Of a DNA stretch of 63,473 nucleotides, positions 36,215 to 45,138 are shown piece by piece. The translations under genes and the position numbers were made by a program. This stretch comes from a virus (taxonomy: Duplodnaviria > Caudoviricetes), in IMG/VR virus record IMGVR_UViG_3300049811_000819, positions 1 through 63,473 of that record; one strand, written 5' to 3'. How positions within the stretch are numbered: position 1 is the first letter of the stretch; each line of letters begins with the position of its first letter. The notes under the pieces are model-generated. The model saw nothing but the letters and a program-made list of their open reading frames with translations, searched no databases and was not told where the DNA came from.

Positions 36215-36988
36215 TCTGATACAAGTTTAGCAGTTTTCGAGTTTCAGTCTAATTCCGTTCGTATTGTGATGATCGACGGCGATCCGTGGTTTGTAGCGCG
36301 GGATTTGTGCGAAGCGTTAAACCTTCGCGATACCTCTAAAGCTTGCGCTCGATTGGATGTTGACGAAAAGCTGATACGAACATTAGTCGTATCAGGTCAA
36401 AACCGTGAAGTAGTAATAATTTCAGAATCGGGGATGTATCGTTTGGTTTTTAGATCGCGCAAACCTGAAGCGCAAGCGTTCAGAAAATGGGTAACATCTG
36501 AAGTTCTCCCCTCGATCCGAAAAACAGGACGCTACTCGCTTCCCTCCCCCTCCCCCTCCCCCCTATCCCTCCCCGAACAATTAGCTGCGGCCGGACTACC
36601 CGAAGATTGGCCAGTCAAAAAATATCCCCTAGGAGTTCCCACGGGAGAAAAGCCACCTCTGCCAAGCGATCGCCCTGGGAGTTTAGAACGACAAGAAATC
36701 GAATTGACAATTTTGCTGTGCGAGGCTTTTGGAGGGCGGCTAGTCACGCCGGAGGAAGCGGCGATCGTTGCACCCGAATTAAAGTCAGCGATCCGAATGC
36801 ACTTTCGGAGCCATGGCCGTGGATGGAGTTGGGCAACCATCGTCAAGGCATACACTTTTGACAACTGCTGGTGGGAACGATTTTTTAAGGAACCGGTGAT
36901 CAGGTATTTCAAGTTCAACCCCCTTGCACCTCGCCAACCCCAATTTGCGGATCAGAAATTTTTGCTTGAAACTTCAAGCAAAAATTAG
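36212..36988 (+). CDS. Bro-N domain antirepressor-like protein
   Basis: DPWFVARDLC, SESGMYRLVFRSRKPEAQAFRKWVTSEVLPSIRKTG. Confidence 0.92.
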   Translation: MSDTSLAVFEFQSNSVRIVMIDGDPWFVARDLCEALNLRDTSKACARLDVDEKLIRTLVVSGQNREVVIISESGMYRLVFRSRKPEAQAFRKWVTSEVLPSIRKTGRYSLPSPSPSPLSLPEQLAAAGLPEDWPVKKYPLGVPTGEKPPLPSDRPGSLERQEIELTILLCEAFGGRLVTPEEAAIVAPELKSAIRMHFRSHGRGWSWATIVKAYTFDNCWWERFFKEPVIRYFKFNPLAPRQPQFADQKFLLETSSKN

Positions 36989-37088
36989 AGTAAAATACGG
37001 GAAGATGCCTCCTTCTCCTGGCATCTGATTAAATTAATCCTTTTGAAAACCGCAAAAGGATTAATTACTCGAAAATCGGGTACCAAGC

Positions 37089-37514
37089 GTGATAGAAGCA
37101 AATATAGTAGTCAATCTAATAGACGATCTACGGATCGAGCGGGGCTGTTTTTGGTCGCCGCTCACAATCTTGCTGTTTGGTGACTACACAGACTGGGAAT
37201 TGTTCGGGCAAATTCGTGATCAAACCGGTAGTGAATCACTGTATGCCGATTTTCAGTTTGAGCCAATCGTGTTAGTGGATAGGGTAGAAGATGAAGTCAC
37301 TAAAACCTATTCACGAATAGTTCCTTTTCTGGGTGCTTCTCAATCTTTGGCAATCCCCCCGACTAAAATAATCAGTGCTACTACCCCAATCGCCATCGGA
37401 AAAAACCGATGGGCTTTTGATATTAGGATTCGCAATCCAGATGATCTTGAGATAGTTCTACCGATTTGCGAGGGAGCGGTTGAAGTTAGCGATCGAGTAA
37501 CGGTGATAGTCTAA
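37089..37514 (+). CDS. Putative virion fibre-attachment protein
   Basis: Beta-rich; IERG...GQIR...WAFDI...EGAVEV; first gene of a structural-like operon. Confidence 0.5.
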   Translation: MIEANIVVNLIDDLRIERGCFWSPLTILLFGDYTDWELFGQIRDQTGSESLYADFQFEPIVLVDRVEDEVTKTYSRIVPFLGASQSLAIPPTKIISATTPIAIGKNRWAFDIRIRNPDDLEIVLPICEGAVEVSDRVTVIV

Positions 37515-37735
37515 TGCAAACAATAGTTATCGAAAATGGCGAGGTTATTAGGGTTGAAAATCAGCTAAGTACAACGCTGGTTTTAAATCGTGATCCAAGT
37601 ATTTATATCAGAGGTGAAAGAGGATTTTCAGCCTATCAGGTAGCTGTTGCCAACGGTTTTGTTGGCACAGAAGAAGACTGGCTAGAAAGTTTAAGAATCC
37701 AAACAGAATTAAATTGGAATAGTACAAATTGGTAA
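37514..37735 (+). CDS. Small fibre-associated protein
   Basis: GFSAYQVAVANGFVGTEEDWLESL motif typical of phage fibre/collagen-like proteins. Confidence 0.75.
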   Translation: MQTIVIENGEVIRVENQLSTTLVLNRDPSIYIRGERGFSAYQVAVANGFVGTEEDWLESLRIQTELNWNSTNW

Positions 37736-37739
37736 ATTT

Positions 37740-38303
37740 ATGACAACTTTTAAAATATTTCGAGAAACCGCACTGCCTGGGTTGTTACAGCCTTACGCAA
37801 TGTATGTAGTCGCCCCAACAGCAAAACCTGATTACATTGAAATTTATGTTACCAACTCGACCGGAAGTGCTGCTAGAAGGGTTCTAACAGATACCGATGT
37901 TCAAGGGATGATTAATTCATCCCTTAGCGGAATGTCGGGGCTACAGGTAGTAGCCGATATTACAGCAAGAAACGCTTTAAATCCCACTACAAATCAGTTA
38001 GTTTTAGTGCTAAATGCCACGGGTGATAATACAGTATCCAGTGGGGCGGCAACTTACGTTTATCGGCTTTCCACAACAAGTTGGATTAAGATTAGTGAAG
38101 CCGAATCCTTAGACGCAGTGGTAAATTGGACAAATATACAAGGTAAGCCTACCAGTTCTGCTAGTGCGATCGATACTGCGGTGGCTAATTCCCACACTCA
38201 CGCCAACAAAACTCAGCTAGACAAAATAGGAGAAAATGAAGATGGTCTCTTAACCTATAATAATAATTTGCCAGTAATTGCTTGGAACAGCGTCGGATGG
38301 TAG
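37740..38303 (+). CDS. Virion fibre/decoration-like protein
   Basis: VVADITARNAL, WTNIQGKP and HTHANK motifs. Confidence 0.7.
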   Translation: MTTFKIFRETALPGLLQPYAMYVVAPTAKPDYIEIYVTNSTGSAARRVLTDTDVQGMINSSLSGMSGLQVVADITARNALNPTTNQLVLVLNATGDNTVSSGAATYVYRLSTTSWIKISEAESLDAVVNWTNIQGKPTSSASAIDTAVANSHTHANKTQLDKIGENEDGLLTYNNNLPVIAWNSVGW

Positions 38304-38304
38304 C

Positions 38305-38832
38305 GTGAGTAATTTTAGGACACATAAAGTAGTTAGTTCTTTACCTGTCACTCTCGAACCGAATGCAGTTTATTTTGTTAGAGCGGGGGCTGGGTTTGAT
38401 TTGTATTGTACTGATCAAACAGGAAATATCGCCCACCAAATAAATGGTGGGGGTACTATTACGGCAGTTAGTCAATTAACTAACGATAGCGGCTATATAA
38501 CAGCTAGTAGCACTGCTATTACTGACTCTGATGTAGTTTTTAATATTGCCGTCTTTAACGAGACTTTTATTTTATTCAACAATGGGGTTTTTGAGCTATT
38601 ATCGGTTGCAGCAATTCAAAATTTAACTAATAGCAATAGTGGTAGCATTACTTTTAGAAATAACGGAACTGCAATAGCTGGATTATCTAGTTTGTCGATT
38701 AGTGGAACAAGGTCAGGAACTTTTACGCCTAGTGCCACGCAAAATATATCTACTGGTACAAATCTAGATATTGTGATCACAGGATTAAGTCAAAGTATTC
38801 AATTAGCTTTTACCTTGAGGATAAGAAAATGA
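38305..38832 (+). CDS. Fibre-like structural protein
   Basis: N-terminus resembles the preceding gene; SQLTNDSGYIT motif; likely GTG start at 38305. Confidence 0.65.
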   Translation: MSNFRTHKVVSSLPVTLEPNAVYFVRAGAGFDLYCTDQTGNIAHQINGGGTITAVSQLTNDSGYITASSTAITDSDVVFNIAVFNETFILFNNGVFELLSVAAIQNLTNSNSGSITFRNNGTAIAGLSSLSISGTRSGTFTPSATQNISTGTNLDIVITGLSQSIQLAFTLRIRK

Positions 38833-39353
38833 CGATTTTATCTGTTTACGAAACCGCTCCCAATACCTTTAGGGAGGTTACTTTAAAAGCCGCAAATGTA
38901 GCTTTTAACAGTGGAGAATTACGAGAACGAATTACTACTGCAATTATTAATAATGCCCAACAAGGTTCGGCACTCTTAAATGATCCCGCTTACTTTGCTA
39001 AGGTTAAAAGTGAATTTATGCCAGATATAAATTCAGTTGTGATTTTAGCTAAAAAAGTGGCAATAGGAGAAATATTAATTTACAACAGGGACGCAGCTTT
39101 TCAGTTGACTCTAAAAGCTATCCCCATTGCTTGCGCTGGTGTAGCATCTTTCGTCCTCACACAGGAACAAAGATCGTCTTTGAATTTTAACCTATTAACT
39201 GCTCCCCAAGTGTCTAGATCGTTGTTGCCCGCCTTCTTGGCGCCCGACGGGCAGTTAGAGCCTATTAGCGATGCGGCTATTTTATCAATGGTTACAGAAT
39301 TTAGTAATAGTCCTGTTTACTTCCAGATTTTAGATAATCAAGGGTTTGTCTAA
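38829..39353 (+). CDS. Hypothetical protein in the fibre operon
   Basis: ATGA coupling. Confidence 0.6.
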   Translation: MTILSVYETAPNTFREVTLKAANVAFNSGELRERITTAIINNAQQGSALLNDPAYFAKVKSEFMPDINSVVILAKKVAIGEILIYNRDAAFQLTLKAIPIACAGVASFVLTQEQRSSLNFNLLTAPQVSRSLLPAFLAPDGQLEPISDAAILSMVTEFSNSPVYFQILDNQGFV

Positions 39354-40123
39354 TGCAGGTTATTATTAAGCGGCGGGCTATTAGAATCGAACAAGTTCCT
39401 AATTTAGCCCATATTTACGACTTCACAAATCCTAGCAATTTAACCTTAAGTGGATCAGAAATCTCTGCAATTAGTGACAGAGGACTGTTTAATACTGCAT
39501 TATCACAGCCTACGGCATCAGCTAGACCCTTGATCGTCACTAATCAATTAAACGGTTTATCTGTTGCAAATTTTAACGGGACAAGTCACGTTTTATTCAA
39601 TAATAACTCTACTTTAGGATTATCAAGTTTTGGCTTGTTTGTATTAGCAAATCCTTCTGATAATAATAATGTCAACAAAGATACCTTTGTTAGGAGATTG
39701 TCATCAAATGGTATCAACTGGGCTGTGCGGTATAACAGTACCGAACAATTTAATTTAATTGCACAAAATAGTTCAGGTACAGCATTTACTGGTTTAGTAT
39801 TAAGTCAAGGTGCTGGCAATTGGGGTCTTGCGTTTGTTGGGTATAATTCGGGCTTTTATTATCGAAGTATAAATGGAAACACTGTTAACTCTCAAAGTAG
39901 TAGTGTGGTTCCACGATCTGACGGAACTCAGCGTTTAACTATAGGGTTTAATAGTGGCGTTGCTAATAGTTTTTTTGGAAGCATTGCTACGATAGTAGCT
40001 TTAGATGGCTACCCAACTAATGACGAAAAACAAATCATCGAAGGAATACTTTTACACAAGACAGGATTGCAGTCCTTATTACCCTCAAATCACCCCTATC
40101 GATTTTTCCCTCCTTTTGTTTAA
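39353..40123 (+). CDS. LamG/ConA-like putative receptor-binding protein
   Basis: SQPTASARP..LNG...FNG; IEGILLHK.GL...LPSNHPY. Confidence 0.7.
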   Translation: MQVIIKRRAIRIEQVPNLAHIYDFTNPSNLTLSGSEISAISDRGLFNTALSQPTASARPLIVTNQLNGLSVANFNGTSHVLFNNNSTLGLSSFGLFVLANPSDNNNVNKDTFVRRLSSNGINWAVRYNSTEQFNLIAQNSSGTAFTGLVLSQGAGNWGLAFVGYNSGFYYRSINGNTVNSQSSSVVPRSDGTQRLTIGFNSGVANSFFGSIATIVALDGYPTNDEKQIIEGILLHKTGLQSLLPSNHPYRFFPPFV

Positions 40124-40860
40124 TATTTTGCCGCAGATAATTGCTGGTTAAACGGAAGGCTTTGGATTAACTCCCGATGTTTCTGCTCTAACCTTGCTTT
40201 TTCATCTTTTAATTTCTCAATCTCTTGTCTTTGGCGGGCGATGATGGTTTCGGTTAGGCTCGTAGGCTTAATCTTTGCAATTTGCCGTTTTAGCTCGTAA
40301 TTCTCAGCTTGTAGTACGTTGTACTTCTCTAGTAATTCTTGATCGTTTTTTGGAGTATCGGACTTAGCGGGATCGGGTTTCCGGATACTAATACGATTAG
40401 CTATTGCCTTGATTTGTGATGGGGTTGGGGTATTGGTTCCCGCTTCGCTCGTAATTTTCTGCCAGAGAGATCGGATTTCCGTGACCCGTTCGAGATTACA
40501 AGCAAGTCCTACAGCGGATGCTCCCCCGTGCGCTTCTTTTGTAGCAAGAATAATAGCTCGATCCCGAAAAGGAGCGAGAGCTTTATAGGAGTATGTGCTA
40601 ATTGGAACTCCTAAAATCATCTCGATCATCCGAGCCGAATTTTCTTCCTTAATCCGTCGGAACATATAGGGTGAAAGATAAGCATCCGAGAATCCCTGAA
40701 ATGTTTTGTAGCCAATTGCTATGTATCCTCCGTTTTCCTCGAACTTGTGCAGGACATGACGCAAGCGATTGTTGATCTGTCGGATTCCCTCGAAACATTC
40801 GTTAATTTCCCCAACAAAGTTTTGAAAGATAGACGGTAATTCTTTAGTAGATTGTGTCAT
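40120..40860 (-). CDS. Hypothetical protein with a C-terminal coiled coil
   Basis: GYIAIGYKTF motif; third gene of the nblA operon. Confidence 0.65.
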   Translation of the reverse strand: MTQSTKELPSIFQNFVGEINECFEGIRQINNRLRHVLHKFEENGGYIAIGYKTFQGFSDAYLSPYMFRRIKEENSARMIEMILGVPISTYSYKALAPFRDRAIILATKEAHGGASAVGLACNLERVTEIRSLWQKITSEAGTNTPTPSQIKAIANRISIRKPDPAKSDTPKNDQELLEKYNVLQAENYELKRQIAKIKPTSLTETIIARQRQEIEKLKDEKARLEQKHRELIQSLPFNQQLSAAKY

Positions 40861-41180
40861 GATTTTTTCCAAAATACTCGGTTTGTCGGGGTGGGATGGT
40901 AGAAAATCTCACCGTTGGTTTTCTTCTGAAGCTTCAAGATTAATTGCCCTTGAGACGGGGCTTCGATACCTAAGACTATCGATATAGAAGCGTTAAGCTG
41001 AGAACTGAACTTGATCAGGTCGTCTTCTTTGAGGTTTGCGGCAATATCGGGGAGATAGGTATTTTCGTGTTTGTAATGTTTGGTGACGTTATTGGCGTTT
41101 TTGCGCTTAATCGCTCGTTTTAGCCCAAGCACCCAATCAGATGCTTTTTTTTGTAACTCAGGAACAACAGTTTGCTTCAA
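40857..41180 (-). CDS. Hypothetical protein
   Basis: Abuts the nblA stop (TTG start) and is coupled to the next gene. Confidence 0.55.
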   Translation of the reverse strand: MKQTVVPELQKKASDWVLGLKRAIKRKNANNVTKHYKHENTYLPDIAANLKEDDLIKFSSQLNASISIVLGIEAPSQGQLILKLQKKTNGEIFYHPTPTNRVFWKKS

Positions 41181-41387
41181 TTATTTATTCTCCAGTTTTA
41201 AAGAACTATCTTCTAGATTCCATTCATGTTTCAAAATATTTTTGTACATTGCTTCTCGAACCAAAATCGTTTCGTAAAGCTTAATTAAAAGTTCTTGTGA
41301 TTGCTCGTGATTCAACTGTTGAACCTGCAAACTAAACGAGCATAGGTCAAATTGTTGTTCTAGAGTTAGTTCTGTTTCGTCCATCAC
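41181..41387 (-). CDS. nblA: Phycobilisome degradation protein NblA
   Basis: LTLEQQFDLCSFSLQVQQLNHEQSQELLIKLYE...YKNILKHEW matches the NblA consensus. Confidence 0.93.
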   Translation of the reverse strand: MMDETELTLEQQFDLCSFSLQVQQLNHEQSQELLIKLYETILVREAMYKNILKHEWNLEDSSLKLENK

Positions 41388-41417
41388 TTTACCTCTTGAT
41401 TTCTAATTTATACTTAA

Positions 41418-41447
41418 AGCTTAAAGTAAGTCTCTTGAATTGTCAAG
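41418..41447 (-). promoter_or_regulatory. Promoter/operator copy 4, upstream of nblA
   Basis: TTGACA-17-TAAGCT; CTTGA-CAAT-TCAAG. Confidence 0.78.
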
Positions 41448-41488
41448 CGAATTCTGTTACACTTTATAAAAAGTCCAAGAAAAACAAA

Positions 41489-41929
41489 ATGGTTGATTCA
41501 GTGATAGGAATAGCAGGGCAATTTTTATCAAATCCGACAATAAAGGCGAATGCGTCTCTCGTGTTTAGTATTGCTACGGGTGCGCCTACGATAGTCGCTG
41601 ATGAAGTGGGAAATCCGATTCTTGCAACATCTGTTACAGCCACAGTCACACTTTCTTGTTGGCTTCAACAGAAAAAGCCTCCCTACGCTGATGTGCAAGA
41701 GGGGAGTTACCTTGACTCTGAATATTTTGAGGGAAGGCTAGTAAACCCTAAAAACTATCCTTTCCCAGTCCCGGCTACGGGAGATATTCGGATCACGATT
41801 AACGGGCGATCTGGGCTTATTCGGCAGTTAAATGTTTTCGAGTCCCCAACAAGCCAGCAATTAAATATTTCAGACAAACTAGGACGGAGAATTAAGCTTT
41901 ATGCGAGATTCGATCAGGGAGGGGGTTGA
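41489..41929 (+). CDS. Putative head-closure/neck protein, isolated from the head operon
   Basis: DEVGNPI motif, beta-rich, about 146 aa. Confidence 0.45.
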   Translation: MVDSVIGIAGQFLSNPTIKANASLVFSIATGAPTIVADEVGNPILATSVTATVTLSCWLQQKKPPYADVQEGSYLDSEYFEGRLVNPKNYPFPVPATGDIRITINGRSGLIRQLNVFESPTSQQLNISDKLGRRIKLYARFDQGGG

Positions 41930-42145
41930 TTAGTTTGATTCGTCCCTAGAATCACCTGCCAAAAATAAACCAATAGCGATTAGTTTTCCCTGCCAATTAT
42001 CTGAGGCAATGTAATGAGCAAATAGCGCAATACCCGAAAATTCAGGGTGTTGCGCTGAGTAAGTAATAAAATCACTTAGAACATAAATAGCGGCAATTAA
42101 TGAAGTTTTCCAGTCTTTAAACAATGCTCGATTTAATATTTTCAT
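41930..42145 (-). CDS. Putative holin
   Basis: 71 aa; DWKTSL plus hydrophobic segments; GLFLAGD ending. Confidence 0.55.
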   Translation of the reverse strand: MKILNRALFKDWKTSLIAAIYVLSDFITYSAQHPEFSGIALFAHYIASDNWQGKLIAIGLFLAGDSRDESN

Positions 42146-42521
42146 AAACCCTCCTAAAAATTGGCTTGTCGCTGATTGTTAAAATTAGCTTATCTTCGTG
42201 CCATTTTGTAAATGTGTGGTCGTATCCTCGAATAATCTTTAGGTTGTCTTCGATAATAATTCCTGCGTATTTTAGCCCATCGTTAATATACTTTGCCCCA
42301 GCAGAAGTGTTATCAGGGTCACGGGCAAAATTAACGATTTTCCATTCATAGTGTAACCAAACCTCGCCTAAGAACCGTGGGATTTTTTGCTCTTTTACAA
42401 GGCTTGCAATATAAAAATTCCACTTTTTTTTGATGCTCGCACTTTTGAATTTGTTGCTTCGAGCTACTCGAATCTGATCGTTTAGTGTGGGAGGGAGGGG
42501 ACAGGTAAAAGTAGTGATCAT
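42117..42521 (-). CDS. rusA: RusA-like Holliday junction resolvase
   Basis: PPTLN, RDPDN, K..NDGL..AGII.EDN; likely start is ATG 42521. Confidence 0.8.
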   Translation of the reverse strand: MITTFTCPLPPTLNDQIRVARSNKFKSASIKKKWNFYIASLVKEQKIPRFLGEVWLHYEWKIVNFARDPDNTSAGAKYINDGLKYAGIIIEDNLKIIRGYDHTFTKWHEDKLILTISDKPIFRRVYENIKSSIV

Positions 42522-42547
42522 TTTTAGTCCCCCGTTTACGCGGGGGC
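42519..42547 (-). promoter_or_regulatory. Truncated leader hairpin (copy 6) before rusA
   Basis: GCCCCCG-CGTAAA-CGGGGG-ACTAAAA-ATG. Confidence 0.65.
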
Positions 42548-42558
42548 ATACAATTATT

Positions 42559-43311
42559 TTATTCGCCCAATAACAGTTGTCTTTGCCCTTCCGACAAAAT
42601 CCGAACAGCTTTGTCGATATTTTCTTGGTGTACAAAAGACTGAGTGATCGGGCGCTGGATCAAATCCAATAAATCAGGTGCTATTTTTTGCAATCGACGT
42701 TCTAACTCCGCCCCCGATTTAAATGTAACTCCCGTCATTTTTTTTATATGATCTTTTAATTGTGCAGTAGTCATTCCCTTGCGGCGATCACCACAACGCT
42801 GATCTATTACTTCTAATACGACTTTTTCGGTTTCGACAATTTGATCAGCCATGCCACGCAATGCGAGGACAGTCTCTTTGCCGTGTAAGACTAGCATCGT
42901 ATGGTCTAATTGTCTCAGTTCAAGTTGCTTGGACAATACTTCGTTTTGTAGTTCTAACTCTCGAATGCGATCGCTTTGCTGTGGGATAACTTCTTTGATT
43001 AGTTTTTTGGCTTCTGAAAAAGCTCTAACTAGGTTGCGCTTGCATTGACGCACTTGCTCACTATTCCGAGAAAGTGTCATCGTATAAGTTGCTTGATCTT
43101 CGTTTAAGTAACAATAAATTTCTGTAGAAGTATTACCCTGACTTGTTTTGAACTCTCGCATTTTAAATTCTAGAGTTCCAAATTGTTCAATTTCTGTTAA
43201 ATACTTTTTGATTGTTTGCAAAAAGCCTTTATGGGTAATCCCTAATTCATCAGCGATTAAACGGGAATCAACAACTAAAGACTCGTTAACTGTTAAAATC
43301 TGAATAGACAT
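42559..43311 (-). CDS. Rha-family antirepressor-like protein
   Basis: LVVDSRLIADELGITH...YLNEDQATYTMTLSRN. Confidence 0.88.
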   Translation of the reverse strand: MSIQILTVNESLVVDSRLIADELGITHKGFLQTIKKYLTEIEQFGTLEFKMREFKTSQGNTSTEIYCYLNEDQATYTMTLSRNSEQVRQCKRNLVRAFSEAKKLIKEVIPQQSDRIRELELQNEVLSKQLELRQLDHTMLVLHGKETVLALRGMADQIVETEKVVLEVIDQRCGDRRKGMTTAQLKDHIKKMTGVTFKSGAELERRLQKIAPDLLDLIQRPITQSFVHQENIDKAVRILSEGQRQLLLGE

Positions 43312-43399
43312 AGTGGCTCCTATTAGCCTAAATGTTTAGTCCCCCGATCGCATCGGGGGCAATAATAATATTATAATCTGAAAGTTTCTGTTAAGATGC
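43309..43399 (-). promoter_or_regulatory. Antirepressor promoter and leader (copy 3)
   Basis: TAACAGAAACTTT..TATAAT; GCCCCCGAT-GCG-ATCGGGGG-ACTAAACA; GGCT-AATAGG-AGCC. Confidence 0.85.
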
Positions 43400-43402
43400 T
43401 AA

Positions 43403-44125
43403 CTAAGCGCGCTTAATCGTTAACGTCGTCGTTTCGGGCAATCGATATTCGGGATAAGCTAATCGCCATGCCTGATGATGATAAAGATTTTGGAATTCAA
43501 ATCGGGGAGACGGCACTTTTTTGATCTCTAGCCCTAGTTTATTACTTGCCGCTTTCAGTAGTCGCCAGTTAAACGAGGTTTCCCGTACATCGTTAAACTT
43601 GGCAACACGGATAATCGAACTATACTCAAAAAGCTCATCAACCGCTTCAGAAAGAGCATAATTTTCGGCTTCTAGTAGTTGTTTTTGTTCCTCTAGAAGT
43701 TCCATTTTCTCCAATAAGGCGACCTGCTGTTCTGCTAGTTTTAAGTTTTCACGAGCAAGCTCAATCGCTGTTTTGGGTTTAGCGATCGAGTAGCTTCCCG
43801 TTTGACGAATAGAAGGAAGTATCTCGGAGTGCATCCATCGGTTTAGTTGTTTACCCATCTCAGTTCGCGATCGAGATAACAAGAATGTGATCGCCGCATC
43901 ATTGACGATTAGTACACGCTGAACTCCTCCGTTAGTTTCAAGGGAGTAGTCGGCGACTACATCCTTTCCTAAATCCTCTTGTAGTACCGCTTTTGCGTCA
44001 GCCGGGCGCGTTTTGCTTCCCATAGCTTTAAGGACATCGGCTAGTACAAACCACGGATCACCGTCGATCACTACTACCCGGATCGCGTTTCCACTAAAAT
44101 CGAATGGTACAATATTGTTAGACAT
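43403..44125 (-). CDS. Bro-N domain antirepressor-like protein
   Basis: FDFSGNAIRVV..DPWFVLADV...WMHSEILPSIRQTGSY. Confidence 0.9.
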   Translation of the reverse strand: MSNNIVPFDFSGNAIRVVVIDGDPWFVLADVLKAMGSKTRPADAKAVLQEDLGKDVVADYSLETNGGVQRVLIVNDAAITFLLSRSRTEMGKQLNRWMHSEILPSIRQTGSYSIAKPKTAIELARENLKLAEQQVALLEKMELLEEQKQLLEAENYALSEAVDELFEYSSIIRVAKFNDVRETSFNWRLLKAASNKLGLEIKKVPSPRFEFQNLYHHQAWRLAYPEYRLPETTTLTIKRA

Positions 44126-44213
44126 AGTGGCTCCTATTAGCCTAAATGTTTAGTCCCCCGATGCGATCGGGGGCAATAATAATATTACAATCTGAAAGTT
44201 TCTGTTAAGATGC
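44123..44213 (-). promoter_or_regulatory. Antirepressor promoter and leader (copy 4)
   Basis: Near-identical direct repeat of copy 3 over about 90 bp, with the hairpin loop inverted. Confidence 0.85.
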
Positions 44214-44242
44214 AACTTGTTTCCCGTGCTGACCAAAAACTT

Positions 44243-44965
44243 TTAGACTGTGATAGGTTTATACTTCCGAAAAGCCAGTAATAAATCATCGGGAACCATT
44301 CCTAACTGTCCCGATCCGTAACTAATTTTTAACTCTTCAAACGGCAATTCTACGCTTGTAACACCCTTAAAGCTTCCCGTATTACATACCCAGTCGAGAA
44401 CTCGTCCAAAAGCGGCTTTTAGTTGTCTTACTTGCCTAGTATCTTCCGAGAAGTCGATCCCCGCAGAATACTCCACATCAGCCTCGGAAAACTCAGGGAA
44501 TGGCTCACGGCTGTTCCATGATTGATTGTATCCCCATGATCGCCCGTAAACAGTTGATAGATTAATCTGTCCATCTACATCGATCATGTACTCATCAGGA
44601 GTCAGTACCTTCCAATTATCTGGGGCGATTGCCCGGTTAAATCCGTCTGTTACGTTTCCGAGGCGAACCTTGATAATTGGTTCGGGGTCTTCTGCGATCG
44701 GTGTGCTTGGCGAGACATAGGTAAGTCTAAAGTTTTGGAATTTTAGATTGACCCGTAGCTTTTCTCGGTACTGGACAATCCCTAGTGGGCGATCAGCCCC
44801 CCGATCCCCCTCGACAATAGTTTCGACAAAAGAAATTGCGCCTTCTAGTGCGTCATCCACTAGGGTAACGCTAGGCGCAAATAGTGACAGGTCATCGGGA
44901 GTGAAAATCATACAATTTTGAGCATCGGACAATATTTCTGGTTTTCTTTTGTCCGTTGCGGGCAA
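44243..44965 (-). CDS. Head-tail connector/adaptor protein
   Basis: Downstream of the capsid gene; VEYSAG and LLLAFRKY patterns. Confidence 0.65.
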   Translation of the reverse strand: MPATDKRKPEILSDAQNCMIFTPDDLSLFAPSVTLVDDALEGAISFVETIVEGDRGADRPLGIVQYREKLRVNLKFQNFRLTYVSPSTPIAEDPEPIIKVRLGNVTDGFNRAIAPDNWKVLTPDEYMIDVDGQINLSTVYGRSWGYNQSWNSREPFPEFSEADVEYSAGIDFSEDTRQVRQLKAAFGRVLDWVCNTGSFKGVTSVELPFEELKISYGSGQLGMVPDDLLLAFRKYKPITV

Positions 44966-45132
44966 AACGAAGCTCTTTCTTCGTCGTCATACTGTAATCG
45001 TCCGCCGCAGTCACTACAAAGCTTTATACCTTGACTTCTCAGGTTGACAAGCTGATATTCGCTTTCGGCAGGCGGAAAGTCAGGCGAGGGGATTTCGCCC
45101 GCTATTTCGGTTTTTGTTCTTGTTTCAGCCAT
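44908..45132 (-). CDS. Small Cys4 zinc-ribbon protein
   Basis: CSDCGG...FCP...CP. Confidence 0.6.
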   Translation of the reverse strand: MAETRTKTEIAGEIPSPDFPPAESEYQLVNLRSQGIKLCSDCGGRLQYDDEERASFCPQRTKENQKYCPMLKIV

Positions 45133-45138
45133 AGTTTA

